DNA of 64,000 bases from an uncultured Planctomycetota bacterium (GTDB lineage Bacteria > Planctomycetota > Planctomycetia > Isosphaerales > Isosphaeraceae). Numbering within the stretch: the stretch's first letter is position 1; the number at the start of each line of letters is the position of its first letter. Of the stretch, positions 10,630 to 23,150 are shown in pieces. The stretch is from positions 928,001 to 992,000 of the forward strand of contig CAVTTN010000002.1 in NCBI GenBank assembly GCA_963737655.1, written 5' to 3'. Both the position numbers and the translations under genes were made by a program. The notes beneath the pieces are model-generated. The model was not told where the DNA came from. It was given only the letters and a program-made list of their open reading frames with translations, and ran no database searches.

Positions 10630-11107
10630 GGTTCACCTCGTGGCGGTGTGGGGGTGAGTCGGGCTCTCTCTCGATGGAGGATCGCGGGCGCGACGAAGCC
10701 CCGGGCCCGACCGGGGGCCGGGCCCTCTCCTGTTCCGGGATCGGCGATCCGCCCGGGCCCGCCATTCCTGGGCCGCCCGGGCGATGTTAGGACGCGGGAA
10801 TCCGCGATTCGGGACACTCGGGGTCGGAATCCCGCGGAGTCTATCATGATTTGCTCAGCCATGACCACTCTTTCCCGATCACATTTCCCGATTCGCTAAT
10901 CTTGGCCGAAGGGACCTTCGCGACGATCGGGCCCGCCCCGGGGGGCCGCGCCGCGATCGCCAGGGGCCGTCGGGGGGAGGGGGCGGCCGGCGGTCCCGCG
11001 ATTCCCGGCGGACCCCGGTGGAAACGGCCGCGATTCCGGTACAATGAAGGCATGGAGTTCCCCGCGAGCCTGGGGCCGAGTCCGAGGCCCTTCCGGGACG
11101 GAGTGTC

Positions 11108-13291
11108 ATGGGATCGATCTTCCTGAACGCGGGGCTGGTCGCGGGGGTCTCGCTCGCGGCCTTGCCGGTGCTCTTACATCTGTTCATGAGGCAGACCCCG
11201 AAGCACGTCATCTTCCCGGCGCTCCGCCTGATCCGAGAGCGGCAGAAGCGGTCGAGGAAGAGGCTGAGGGTCAAGAACTGGCTGCTCCTGCTGGCGAGGA
11301 TGGCCCTGCTGGCGCTGATGGCCCTGGCCCTGGCTCGGCCTCGGATCAACGCCAAGGCCACCGCCGGGGATGGCGAGGTCCCCACCGCCACGGCGTTCGT
11401 GTTCGACACGAGCCTGTCGATGGGCTATGAGGAGAAGGACCGCGCCCGGCTCGACGAGGCGAAGGACCGCGCCCGCGACCTGCTCAAGCGGATGCATTCC
11501 GGGTCCAAGGTCTTCGTGTTCGACTCGTCCGAGCCCGGGCCTCCGATCGGCCAGACCCCGGCCCAGGCGAAATCGCGGATCGACGGCCTGACGATCCATG
11601 CCGTGAATCGGCCGCTGAACGCCTCGATCGGCCCGGCCTTCTCGGGGGTGATGGGGTCGGACCTCACGCGCCGCGAGGTGTACGTCTTGACCGACCTCGC
11701 CGCCTCGCAGTGGCAGACGGGATCGGAGCTCGAGGGCCCGGGCGAGGCGGCGAAGGCGAAGAAGCGGGTGGATGTGTTCGTCCTGAGGGTCGGCACGAAG
11801 GAGTCTCGCGACGTGGCCATCGTGGCGGCCGAGACCGCCTCGGCCCTCGCCACCGAGGACGCGCCGATCGTCGTCAAGGTGAAGCTCCGCTCGATCGGCC
11901 CGAAGGCGACGAGGACCGTCGAGTACTACGTCGACGGCAAGGACGCGCCCAGCGACAAGAAGCTCGTCGAGGTCCCGGCCAACGGCGAGGTCGAGGCGCC
12001 CGACTTCGTCTCGGCGAAGCTGGACCGCGGGCTGCACCGCGTCGAGGTCCGCCTGATCGGCGAGCCCGACCCGATGAAGTTCGACGACCGCCGGTTCGTC
12101 ACCGTGGACGTCCAGCCGGCGATGAAGGTGCTCGTGATCTCCGACACGAAGCTCGACTCCGAGTTCGTCTCGCTCGCGCTGGACCCGTCGGCGCGGTCCG
12201 AGGGGATGCCCCGGCCGTACCAGGTCGATCGGGTGCTGACCTCGGGCCTCGACCGGATCGAGGCGCGATCACTTCGGAGTTATGCCGCGATCTATCTGCT
12301 GAACGTCCGCTCGCTCGACGATTCGTGGTGGACGAAGCTCTATCGCTACGTGGCCGACGGCGGAGGGCTGGTGATCTCCCCGGCGTCCCGGGCGGACGTG
12401 GCCAACTACAATTCGGGGATCGCCGACAACCTCCTCCCGGCCGACTCGCTCAAGGGGGTCGTCGCGCACCGCCAGGTGGACCCGCCGTTCACCTTCGGCA
12501 AGGCGGACCTCGGCCACCCGATCTTCTCGGAGAACTCGAAGGAGCTGATGGGCGAGCTCTCGCGGGTGCCGATCTACCGGACCCGCTCGATCGAGCCCGA
12601 CAAGAATTCGCGGGTCCTCCTGAGGTACACGGACGACTCCCCGGCCCTCCTGGAACGGATCATCGACGGCCCCAGGCCGGGCAAGGTCCTCCTCTGGACG
12701 ACGGCCCTCTCGCGAGACCCGCGGCCGAACGACCCGAACGCCTGGAACGACTTCCCCGTGGTCGGCTGGGGGTTCCTCGTCGTGATGGACCAGACCACGG
12801 CGTATCTCGCCGGGGCCTCGGGCGGCCGGCTCCAGTACGATGCGGGGGATGACGCGACCCTGTCCCTCGACCCCGAGAAGCAGTTCACCGGGTTCACGAT
12901 CAAGGGCCCGAAGGCAGCCCAGCCCGAGAGGCTGAACGAGGCGATGACCGGGCCGTTCCTGCTCGTCACCTCGCCCGGAGACCTCGGCCAGTGGACGATT
13001 TTCGCCACCACCAAGGAAGGGGCGAAGCGCGAGTACGGATTCAGCGTGAACCCGCCGCTCGGCGAGATGTCCCTGACCCCGCTCGACCCCAAGGACCTGG
13101 ACGTCCTCTTCGGCAAGGACAAATATCAGCTCGCCGACGACGCCGCGAGCCTCAAGTTCGAGCGAGAGAAGATCATCCTCGGCCGGGAGATCTTCCCGTG
13201 GCTGATGGCGCTGATCCTCCTGATCGTCACCCTCGAAAACCTGCTCGCGAACACCTTCTATCGCGAGAAGGTGAAGCCGAAACTCGCGTAG
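11108..13291 (+). CDS. BatA N-terminal + vWA domain membrane protein
   Basis: LPVLLHL..R..PK...FPALRLI...LLLLAR...LALARP, vWA FDTSLSM and LTD motifs, C-terminal TM. Confidence 0.88.
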   Translation: MGSIFLNAGLVAGVSLAALPVLLHLFMRQTPKHVIFPALRLIRERQKRSRKRLRVKNWLLLLARMALLALMALALARPRINAKATAGDGEVPTATAFVFDTSLSMGYEEKDRARLDEAKDRARDLLKRMHSGSKVFVFDSSEPGPPIGQTPAQAKSRIDGLTIHAVNRPLNASIGPAFSGVMGSDLTRREVYVLTDLAASQWQTGSELEGPGEAAKAKKRVDVFVLRVGTKESRDVAIVAAETASALATEDAPIVVKVKLRSIGPKATRTVEYYVDGKDAPSDKKLVEVPANGEVEAPDFVSAKLDRGLHRVEVRLIGEPDPMKFDDRRFVTVDVQPAMKVLVISDTKLDSEFVSLALDPSARSEGMPRPYQVDRVLTSGLDRIEARSLRSYAAIYLLNVRSLDDSWWTKLYRYVADGGGLVISPASRADVANYNSGIADNLLPADSLKGVVAHRQVDPPFTFGKADLGHPIFSENSKELMGELSRVPIYRTRSIEPDKNSRVLLRYTDDSPALLERIIDGPRPGKVLLWTTALSRDPRPNDPNAWNDFPVVGWGFLVVMDQTTAYLAGASGGRLQYDAGDDATLSLDPEKQFTGFTIKGPKAAQPERLNEAMTGPFLLVTSPGDLGQWTIFATTKEGAKREYGFSVNPPLGEMSLTPLDPKDLDVLFGKDKYQLADDAASLKFEREKIILGREIFPWLMALILLIVTLENLLANTFYREKVKPKLA

Positions 13292-13308
13292 GGTGCATGA
13301 AATGCACC
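13288..13308 (+). repeat. GTAG-type REP-like palindrome (family A)
   Basis: GTAGGGTGCATGAAATGCACC; the TAG is the stop codon of the BatA gene. Confidence 0.8.
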
Positions 13309-13399
13309 ATCCCCGCGGCGGCCAGGGCCGCGCTCCCTTGTTTCCTCTCCCGATCGTCCGGGACCCTGGCGGACGGCCCCGCCCCTCCTTCGATCGACC

Positions 13400-13654
13400 T
13401 CAGCGGCCTCGCCATTCGGGGTCGTAGTCGAGCGAGAACCGTCTCTGGACCGTCTCGGCGCGGCCGGGACCGGGTTCCAGGAGGGATTCGATCGCCTGAC
13501 GAAGCTGGGCGAGGCGGCGGTCGGGCGGGTGGGCGCCGGGCCTCTCCGGGGCCCGGTCGAGCCGGTCGAGGGCGGCGGCCAGCTCCAGGACCCGGCTGCG
13601 GATCTCCAGGAACTCGCGGTTCAGGACCGTCACATCGTCTCGCGTGGTGATCAT
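13400..13654 (-). CDS. small conserved-looking hypothetical protein
   Basis: VLNREFLEIRSRVLELAAALDRLDRA...RAETVQRRFSLDYDPEW; GGAGG upstream. Confidence 0.7.
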   Translation of the reverse strand: MITTRDDVTVLNREFLEIRSRVLELAAALDRLDRAPERPGAHPPDRRLAQLRQAIESLLEPGPGRAETVQRRFSLDYDPEWRGR

Positions 13655-13675
13655 CGCGGGCCCTCCCAAGGCGAA

Positions 13676-13739
13676 GGGCGGGTGCAACCCGCCGGACCTC
13701 TTCCACTATAGAGGAAGGTCCGGCGGGTTGCACCCGCCC
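13676..13739. repeat. REP doublet / 24-bp perfect inverted repeat (family B, GGGCGGGTGCAACCCGCC)
   Basis: 13676-13699 is the reverse complement of 13716-13739; a further degenerate copy lies near 13748-13766. Confidence 0.8.
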
Positions 13740-13781
13740 GAGATCACGGCGGGTTACAACCGCCCCGCGTCCCGATCCGGC

Positions 13782-14753
<972 letters not shown>

Positions 14754-15092
14754 GCTGAACCTTCGATCCTGAGGGGGCTCGGGGAGGGCCTCCGCCGAGT
14801 CGGGAGGCCTACGGGCCGGCGGGGGGAGGCGAGGCCGGAAGGCGAGGGCGGGCAGACCCGGGCAGTCTAGGGGGGCCAGTCACGACCGGAGGCAAGCCCC
14901 GAGGTTATGGGACGGCTCGACCCTCCCGGATCGCTCGCCAATTCCCCGGGCCCCGGACCGGGGCGGGCCGGGCGGGCGTTTCCCCTGGCCGATCGCGAGG
15001 CGAAAGTTTACAACGGGCCTACCATTTACGCCAATGTCACTTTCCCGGGCCGACCCATTTTCCCAGGCCCAGATCGCCGAGGAATCCCCGCC

Positions 15093-16028
15093 ATGAGGGG
15101 CGTTTTTTGCGACGGCCAGGGGGTCCACCTCGTCCGAGACCTCCCGGATCCGGCCGAAACCCCCGGCGAGGTCGTCCTGAACGTCCTCGCCGCCGGCATC
15201 TGCGAGACCGACCTCCAACTCGCCCGAGGTTACATGCAATTTCGAGGGGTCCTCGGCCACGAATTCGTCGGAAAAGACGAAAAAGGCCGAAGATTCACCG
15301 CCGAAATCAACGCCGCTTGCCAGAATTGCCCCACTTGTCGAGCGGGCCGGCCGGGCCATTGCCCAAATCGGACCGTCCTGGGCATCCTGGGACGCGACGG
15401 GGCGATGGCCGACCGAGTTCGAGTGCCCGAACGGAACCTCCACGCCATCCCCGACGCCCTGGACGACCGCGAGGCGGTGTTCATCGAGCCCCTGGCGGCG
15501 GCGTTCCGGATCGCCGAGCAAATCCCGATCGGCCCGGGCACCAGGATGGCGATCCTCGGAGATGGAAAGCTCGGCCTCCTCTGCGCCTGGGTGGCCAGGC
15601 TCTCCGGGGCCGAGGTCGCCCTGATCGGCAAGCACCCCGAGAAGCTCGCCCTGGCCGGAGAAGGCATCGCGACCCACCAACTCCCCGACCAGAAGCCGGA
15701 AGGCCGCCCCTTCGACGTGATCGCCGACTGCACCGGCAACCCCTCGGGCCTGGCGACGGCCCTCGAACTGGTCCGGCCCCTCGGGACGGTGATCCTCAAG
15801 ACCACGATCGCCGGGGAACACACCATGTCCCTCGCGCCGATCGTGATCGACGAGGTCAAGATCGTCGGCTCAAGATGCGGCCCGTTCGAGCCCGCCATCG
15901 CGGCCTTGACCGATCGAAGGATCGACGTCCGCCCCCTGATCGAGGCGGAATACCCGCTCGACCAGGCCGAGGAGGCGTTCGTCAAGGCGGGAGAGCGAGG
16001 GGCGCGGAAGGTGTTGCTGAGGACTTGA
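15093..16028 (+). CDS. zinc-dependent MDR-family alcohol dehydrogenase-like protein
   Basis: GICETD, GHEFVG, CxxCxxC...C, GDGKLG. Confidence 0.9.
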   Translation: MRGVFCDGQGVHLVRDLPDPAETPGEVVLNVLAAGICETDLQLARGYMQFRGVLGHEFVGKDEKGRRFTAEINAACQNCPTCRAGRPGHCPNRTVLGILGRDGAMADRVRVPERNLHAIPDALDDREAVFIEPLAAAFRIAEQIPIGPGTRMAILGDGKLGLLCAWVARLSGAEVALIGKHPEKLALAGEGIATHQLPDQKPEGRPFDVIADCTGNPSGLATALELVRPLGTVILKTTIAGEHTMSLAPIVIDEVKIVGSRCGPFEPAIAALTDRRIDVRPLIEAEYPLDQAEEAFVKAGERGARKVLLRT

Positions 16029-16048
16029 GGGGCCAATTGGAAGGGATT

Positions 16049-16243
16049 GGCCGGATGGCATGCTTACGTCCGTGTCACGCGACACGAAGTTATACCCCCT
16101 GAATTGTTCGACAATTTCAAGGGCCTTCGGACGCAACCGACGATCTTTCAAGCGTTTATACGAAGAAACGCCTGAAAATACAATCGCGGCGCGGGGGTAT
16201 AACTTCGTGTCGCGTGACACGGACGTAAGCATGCCACCCGGCC
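16049..16243. repeat. 51-bp inverted repeat (1 mismatch) around a 93-bp AT-richer core; REPIN/MITE-like
   Basis: GGCCGGATGGCATGCTTACGTCCGTGTCACGCGACACGAAGTTATACCCCC at 16049-16099; reverse complement at 16193-16243. Confidence 0.85.
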
Positions 16244-16362
16244 GTCGGCCGGACGGCTCCCGCTTCGTGAACCGATCGGCCGGGCGAGGGCCGCGGCGCT
16301 CGACCGCCGGACGGGCTCGGTGTAGGATGAGGGTGGCTCCCCCGACGCGGCGAGACGACCGA

Positions 16363-16731
16363 ATGGCAAGCCTGATCGATGGACTGTCCCTCCGAACCGC
16401 TCCCCTCCCGTTGCGTGTCGACGCAGGTGGGGCCGTCCGAGTCGGCGACAGTCGCATCAGCCTCGACTTGATCGTCGAGCAGTACGATAACGGCATGACG
16501 CCCGAGGAGATGGTCCGCGCCTACGACGCCCTGTCACTCGCCGACGTCTACGCGGCGATCGCCTACTACCTCCGGCACCGGGACGAGGTGCGAGCCTATC
16601 TGAGGCGTCGGGAAGAGGAGGCGCGAGACCTCAGGGCGACGATCGAGGCCGAGCGCCCGCCGGTCTTGAGGCAGGAGTTGCTCGCCCTCCGAGGCGCCGG
16701 GGGGATGGGGAATACTCCGCCTGGCCAGTGA
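16363..16731 (+). CDS. DUF433 family antitoxin
   Basis: G..RVGDSRISLDLIV..Y..GMTPEE....Y..LSLADVYAAIAYY. Confidence 0.88.
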   Translation: MASLIDGLSLRTAPLPLRVDAGGAVRVGDSRISLDLIVEQYDNGMTPEEMVRAYDALSLADVYAAIAYYLRHRDEVRAYLRRREEEARDLRATIEAERPPVLRQELLALRGAGGMGNTPPGQ

Positions 16732-17071
16732 CGCCGACGTCCACGGCGACCTCGTCCGCGGCCTGCGCCGCCACCTGTCGGAGATCGATTTGGTCCGCGT
16801 CCAGGACGCCCTGCCCAATGGCACGCCGGACCCGGACGTCCTGGCCTGGGCCGCGGCGGAGGGCCGCGTCCTCATCACCAACGACCGGAACACGATGGTC
16901 GGTTTCGCCTACCAACGCGCGACCGCGGGGGAGCCGATGCCCGGCCTGATCGCCACCACCAACGACCAATCGATCGGGTCGGCGATCGGCGACATCCTTT
17001 TGATCGCCGAGTTCATGCCCGAGGACCAGATCCGGGAGCAGCTCGTGGTGTTCCTTCCCTTCGTCGGATGA
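16712..17071 (+). CDS. DUF5615 PIN-like toxin; ATA at the expected start
   Basis: (I)LRLASDADVHG...DLVRVQD...DPDVLAWAAAEGRVLITNDRNTM; overlaps the DUF433 stop. Confidence 0.78.
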   Translation: MLRLASDADVHGDLVRGLRRHLSEIDLVRVQDALPNGTPDPDVLAWAAAEGRVLITNDRNTMVGFAYQRATAGEPMPGLIATTNDQSIGSAIGDILLIAEFMPEDQIREQLVVFLPFVG

Positions 17072-17183
17072 AGTCTCGTGCCCCCGGATGCGCCTCCTGA
17101 TCAGCCCTCATCTCGGCATTCTTGGTTCGATTGTCGCTGGATCGGGCGGCCTGTCAACGAAATGGCTCCGATTCGCGAGCGTT

Positions 17184-17825
17184 TCAGCCTCCCGATTCGC
17201 CGAGTTTCTTGCGGAAATGGTCCTTCCAGCCTTCGTCCAGGAACTTCGCGGCGATGGCCCGGCGGAGGCGGTCGGGGTTTCTCGCCTTGGACGTGTAGAG
17301 GTCCACGATCTCGGCGACGGTCGGGTCGTCGGAGGTGGCGATCGGCTCGATCGGGTCTCCCTGGCCGATCTCGCCTTCGGTGGTCACGGCGAAGTAGAAG
17401 CCGGTCCGGCCGTTGGCGATCATCCGCTTGAGCATGTCCATCCGGCCGAAGCGGATCCCCAGCTTGAAGCAGGGCAGGCGGGGCTGGGTGACCACGAACT
17501 CGGCCGAGCCGATGCGGAAGCGGTCGCCGATCCTCACGTCCTCGGAAAGCCCCTCGGTGGTCAGGTTCTCGCCGAAGGCCGCCCAGGAGAATTCGACGTC
17601 CGGAAGCTCTTGACGCCAGGCGTCGTAATGCTCGGAGGGGTAGGCGTAGACGGCCTTGTCGACCCCTCCGTGAACGGTCAGGTCGGACTGCTCGTCCCCC
17701 TCGATGTTCAGCGTCGAGACCTTCAGGCGGCGGTCGGTCGGCTCCTTGAAGATGGACGTGAGGACGGTGTTGCCGTCCCATTCGACTTCCCTCGGGCGGC
17801 CGACGCTCAGCGACACGACCTTCAT
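17184..17825 (-). CDS. MOSC domain protein (YiiM-like) with 3-alpha domain
   Basis: GDEQSDL.VHGG.DKAVY, FGENLT, VTQPRLPCFKL, GRTGFY. Confidence 0.9.
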   Translation of the reverse strand: MKVVSLSVGRPREVEWDGNTVLTSIFKEPTDRRLKVSTLNIEGDEQSDLTVHGGVDKAVYAYPSEHYDAWRQELPDVEFSWAAFGENLTTEGLSEDVRIGDRFRIGSAEFVVTQPRLPCFKLGIRFGRMDMLKRMIANGRTGFYFAVTTEGEIGQGDPIEPIATSDDPTVAEIVDLYTSKARNPDRLRRAIAAKFLDEGWKDHFRKKLGESGG

Positions 17826-17951
17826 GGCAACCCCCGTCTCCCGGGCATTCGTGGCGATCCGACGCATTATAGCGGCGGTGCTCCGCCCCCGACGGTTTCG
17901 AGGCACGCCGCGGGGAGGGACCTGGGGATCTGGGGATCGGGAGGCCCAGGC

Positions 17952-17980
17952 TTGACTGGCGAGACTCCGCCGGCTCTAAT
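17952..17980 (+). promoter_or_regulatory. sigma70-type promoter for the riboswitch-led transcript
   Basis: TTGACT-17 bp-TCTAAT ending 6 nt before the riboswitch P1 strand. Confidence 0.65.
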
Positions 17981-17986
17981 CCTGAC

Positions 17987-18169
17987 GCTCGATGGGTGCC
18001 CCCGACCGGTTGCCGGCTCCGGGGGAGAATAGGGAAGACGGTGAGAATCCGTCGCGGGGCCGCCGCTGTGATCGGCCAGGCCCCCGGGCGATCGTGCCAC
18101 TGCCGAATGGCGGGAAGGCCGCCCGGGGTCCGTCCAGGAGCCGAGAGCCAGAAGACCTGCCCGTCGAGC
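17987..18169 (+). ncRNA. cobalamin (B12) riboswitch aptamer
   Basis: GGTGC...AATAGGGAAGACGGTGAGAATCCGTCGCGGGGCCGCCGCTGTGA...GCCACTG...GGGAAGGC...GAGCCAGAAGACCTGCC (B12 box); P1 pairing GCTCGATGGG/CCCGTCGAGC. Confidence 0.92.
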
Positions 18170-18295
18170 TTCTGTTCCGATGCTCCGGCCTCGAGCATCC
18201 GGGCGGGCCGCCTCGCAGGCCGTCTGCGATGGGTCACGTGCCGGAGGGGTCGGACCGGACCCCCCTCGCCCGGCCCGGCGGAAAGGTCTGCGCCC

Positions 18296-19359
<1,064 letters not shown>

Positions 19360-19372
19360 CCGGGAGGTCGCG

Positions 19373-19566
19373 ATGCCGCCGGCCCGCCGTCCTGCCGCGC
19401 CCCTCCGGGCGCTCCGAATCCTCGCCCTGATCGCCCTGGTCGCCGTGCCGGGCGGCTGCGGGGGCCCGGGCGAGGCCCCAGCCCGACCCCCGAGGGCCAG
19501 GTCGGCCCCGGGGAGCCGGACCCCTCGGGCATCCCCCGGCCCCCCTCGGGGGGAGGCGTCCGATGA
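19373..19566 (+). CDS. putative small lipoprotein between the DUF1559 and PepSY genes; end uncertain
   Basis: GGGAGG RBS, basic N-terminus, hydrophobic core ILALIALVAV, lipobox-like PGGC. As assembled the frame runs on; the ATGA at 19563-19566 would be a coupled stop if one indel is an error. Confidence 0.45.
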
Positions 19567-20726
19567 GTCGCCCGATCCTCGGGACCGCCCACCTCGTCCT
19601 GGCCATCGTCGCCGGCCTGCTCGTCGCCTCGACCGGGCTGACCGGGGGCGTCCTGGCCTTCCGGGACGAGATCGACGCCGCGCTCAACCCGTCCCTCCGG
19701 GCCATCGAGCCGGCACCGACTTCGCGATCTTTGGGGGAGGTCCTCGCCGCCGTCGAGGCGACCGGCGGGCCGCCTCCCCGGATGATGCTGTTCCCCGACC
19801 GGCCCGACCGGGCCTGGCTCGTCCTGCTGGTCGGTCGAGGCCCAACCGACCGCTGGGAGGTGTACGTCGATCCGGGCACCGCGAGGGTCCTGGGCCGCCG
19901 ACGGTTCGGCTCGGCCTGGACGGAGACAGTCAAGCGGCTCCACGTCGAGCTGTTCGCCGGGCCGACCGGGCGGATCGTCGTGGGGCTGGGCGGCCTGGCC
20001 TCGCTCGCCCTGGGGGCCACCGGCCTGGCCCTCTGGTGGCGAGGACGGCCCCGGGGCGCCCCGGTTCGCGGGGCCCTGGCCTCCCATCGTCGGATCGGGA
20101 TCGTCGGACTGGTCCCCTCGACGATCCTGGCGACGACCGGCGCCCTCCTGATCTTCCGCCCCTACCTGGCCCCCGTCCTGACCCACCTGACCGGCCCCAT
20201 GCCCCTGGAGACGGTCCCCCTCTCGCGGCTCGATCGCGCCGGGACGCCCCCCTCGGCCGACTCGGTCCGCGACCGGGCGGCCCTCGCCTATCCCGAGGCC
20301 CGGGTGACCCGGCTCTACCTGCCCGAAGGGGTGCGGGGCACTTACGCCATCCGCCTCCGCCTGCCGGGGGACGACAACCCGCACGGCAACACGGCGATGA
20401 GGTTCGATCGCTACAGTGGCGAGATCCTCCAGGAGCACAGCTCGCGGGGGGCATCGGCCTCGCAAAAAATCCTCTGGTATGCCGCCTATCCCTGGCACAC
20501 CGGCGACGCCCTGGGGACGACGGGTCGGGCTATCGTGGCCCTCTCCGGGCTGGTCCCCTCCGCGCTCCTGGCCACCGGCCTCGCTTCATGGCTGTCCCGT
20601 CGTCGGGCGAGGAACAAGGGACGGAGCGAATCATGGCTCGGGAGCGCCCCGGGCGTTCGGCGGGAGCTCGGGTCTCCGGAAATGGATCAGCCCCGATCGA
20701 TCCGAGGGCTGGAGGCAGGTTCCTGA
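19563..20726 (+). CDS. PepSY-associated TM helix domain protein
   Basis: H..L....GL....GLTG..L.F..EID..LNP; VYVDP.T..VLG; LH..LF; G..LWW; FDRYSGEIL; WHTG. Confidence 0.88.
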   Translation: MSRPILGTAHLVLAIVAGLLVASTGLTGGVLAFRDEIDAALNPSLRAIEPAPTSRSLGEVLAAVEATGGPPPRMMLFPDRPDRAWLVLLVGRGPTDRWEVYVDPGTARVLGRRRFGSAWTETVKRLHVELFAGPTGRIVVGLGGLASLALGATGLALWWRGRPRGAPVRGALASHRRIGIVGLVPSTILATTGALLIFRPYLAPVLTHLTGPMPLETVPLSRLDRAGTPPSADSVRDRAALAYPEARVTRLYLPEGVRGTYAIRLRLPGDDNPHGNTAMRFDRYSGEILQEHSSRGASASQKILWYAAYPWHTGDALGTTGRAIVALSGLVPSALLATGLASWLSRRRARNKGRSESWLGSAPGVRRELGSPEMDQPRSIRGLEAGS

Positions 20727-20796
20727 ACCGTGGCTTCCCTCAGACTGTCCCGGACGAGGCCGCCGTGCTATCTTGGTCCGTCCGGGAGTCTTCGCC

Positions 20797-22952
20797 ATGG
20801 AGGGACCGCTCGTGATCGAGTCTCTTTCCTTTCCTCGTGCATCGCGACGTGCCCTGGTGCTCGGGACCGTGACCTTGCTCATGGCGCTCTCGGCCCTTGG
20901 GGCGAAGGTCGAGACGTGGCGGCAAGACGCCTCGGCCACGTTCTCCAAGGGGAAGAAGGAACGCGTGGTCGTCAGCGATTCCGGCCGCGTGCGACTGGGC
21001 CGGAAGGTCGAGGCGGTCGGCTCTCTGGAGGCCGTCCACGTATGGGACCTCGCCCGGGCGGCCGACGGCTCGCTCTATGCCGCGACCGGGAGCTCGGGCA
21101 AGGTCTTCCGCAAGGAGAAGGGGAAGGCCGATTGGTCGGTCGTCCACGATTCGGACGATTCCCAGGCCCTTTCGGTGGCGATCACCGCCGACGGCCGGGT
21201 GTTCGTGGGGACCGGGCCGAGCGGGTCGGTCGTCGAGGTCTCCGACCCGAAGGCGAAGCCCGAGAGGCCCGACCCGGCCGTCAAGTACATCTGGGACCTG
21301 GCCGCCGATGCCGACGGCGGGCTCCTGGCCGCCACCGGGCCGACGGGGCAGCTGTGGAAGCGGTCGAAGGAGGGGAAATGGTCGGTCCTCCTGGACAGCA
21401 AACACCCGCATCTGCTCTGCGTGGCGGTCGGGCCCGACGGCTCCATCTTCGCCGGGAGCGACGGCGAGGGCCTGATCTACAAGGTCGCGCCCGGAGGCAA
21501 GGTCTCGGTCCTCTATGATGCGCCCCAGGCCGAGATTCACACGTTGAAGATCGGTCCCGACGGCGCCCTGTTCGCCGGGACGGCCGTGGAGGCGGGCGGA
21601 GGAGGCGGGGCGCCGGGCGGCGGGCCTCCCCGGGGGTTTGCCTCGGCGGTTGAGAACGAACCCCGGGGGGCCGATCGAGTGGTCCGGCTCGCCTCGTTCC
21701 AGGAGCCCCCCAAGGGTCGGCCCGAGCCTCCCGCCCCGGGCGATCGGCCGAGCGGAGGGACGTCCCCCCGGCCCGGACCTCCGGGAGAGAACTCGGTGTA
21801 CCGGATCGGGCCCGACGGGGCGCCTCGCGAGGTCTTCAAGGCCAAGGCGCTGATCTATGCGATCGCGTTCGCCGACGATCGCCTCGATGTGGGGACCGGG
21901 CCGAGGGGCAGATTTACGAGGTCCGCGACCTCGGCCGGGAATCCTCGCCGATCGCCCGGCTCGACCACAGCCAGGCCCTTTGCCTGCTCTCCGGCGAGGG
22001 CGGGGAAGTCCTGATCGGCGCGGGCGATCCGGGCGGGGTGTTGCGCCTGGTGCCGGGTTACGTCGCCTCGGGTTCGCTGACCTCGGAGGTCCACGACGCC
22101 AGGTTCGTCAGCCAGTTCGGGACGGTCTCGTGGAAGGCGGACGTGCCGGAGAAGACCTCGGTGAAGGTGCAGGTGCGAACCGGGAACGTCTCGGAGCCCG
22201 ATCCGACGTGGTCGGAATGGTCGGCGGCGTTGACCGACGGCTCGGGGTCGAAGCCCGGGGTGCCTCCGGGGCGGTTCGTGCAGTACCGGGCGATGTTCGA
22301 GACGGGGGCGCCGGCCGAGACGCCCGAATTGCGGTCGATCGCCCTCCATTTCCAGGCCGGCAACCTCCCCCCGGAGCTGTCCAAGATCACCGTGCCGGAC
22401 GTCTCGACGGCCGACGGCGCGACGAGGCAGGCCCGGATGGCCCTGCGATGGGACGCCAGCGACCCGAACGACGATGAGCTGACCTTCACCCTCCTGTTCC
22501 GCAAGGAGGGCTGGCCCGAATGGATCAAGCTGACCGACCCGCCGATCGCCGAGAAGCTCTATTCGTGGGACGCGACGGCCGTCCCGGCGGGCGTGTACCG
22601 GCTGAAGGTCGTGGCGAGCGATCGGCCGTCGAACCCGGACGGCTCGGCGTTCTCCCGGGAGCTCGTCAGCGAGCCGTTCCTGGTCGATCACCAGGCGCCG
22701 ACCGTGGCGATCTCGGCCGAGGGGAAGACCTTCAAAATTGCCCTGAAAGACGACCTGACGAGGCTGGTGAAGGCCGCCTACGCGCTGGACGGCGGAGAAT
22801 GGACGGCGATCTTCCCGGACGACGGCCTGTTCGACTCGACGGCCGAGACGATCACGCTCAAGCTGCCCGATTTGAAGCCCGGAGCCCACGTGTTGACCGT
22901 CCGAGCCACCGACGCGGCCGGGAACGTGGGGACGGGCGACGTGGTGAAGTAG
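20797..22952 (+). CDS. secreted beta-propeller (WD40-like) protein with C-terminal beta-sandwich domains; apparent frameshift near 21900
   Basis: Repeated (V/I)WDLA...DG.L.AATG..G.(V/L) blades. GTG(P)EGQIYE is restored by adding one C. C-terminus has WDASDPNDD and VRATDAAGN. Confidence 0.75.
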
Positions 22953-22967
22953 GGTGCATGAAATGCG
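22949..22967 (+). repeat. GTAG-type REP-like palindrome (family A)
   Basis: GTAGGGTGCATGAAATGCG; the TAG is the stop codon of the upstream gene. Confidence 0.75.
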
Positions 22968-23150
22968 TCACGACCCCGGCGGGCAAGACCCGCCCCCGTC
23001 GCGACGATGGCCGCTAGAATTGGGGACGTTTCTCGTCGAATTCACGGATTCGTGATTGCGGAACGCCGTGAAGGTCATCAGGATTGCTCACGGCAAACGT
23101 TTGGGCGCGTGCCCCGACGACCGCGGCCGCTCGGATCACGGAGGAGAACG

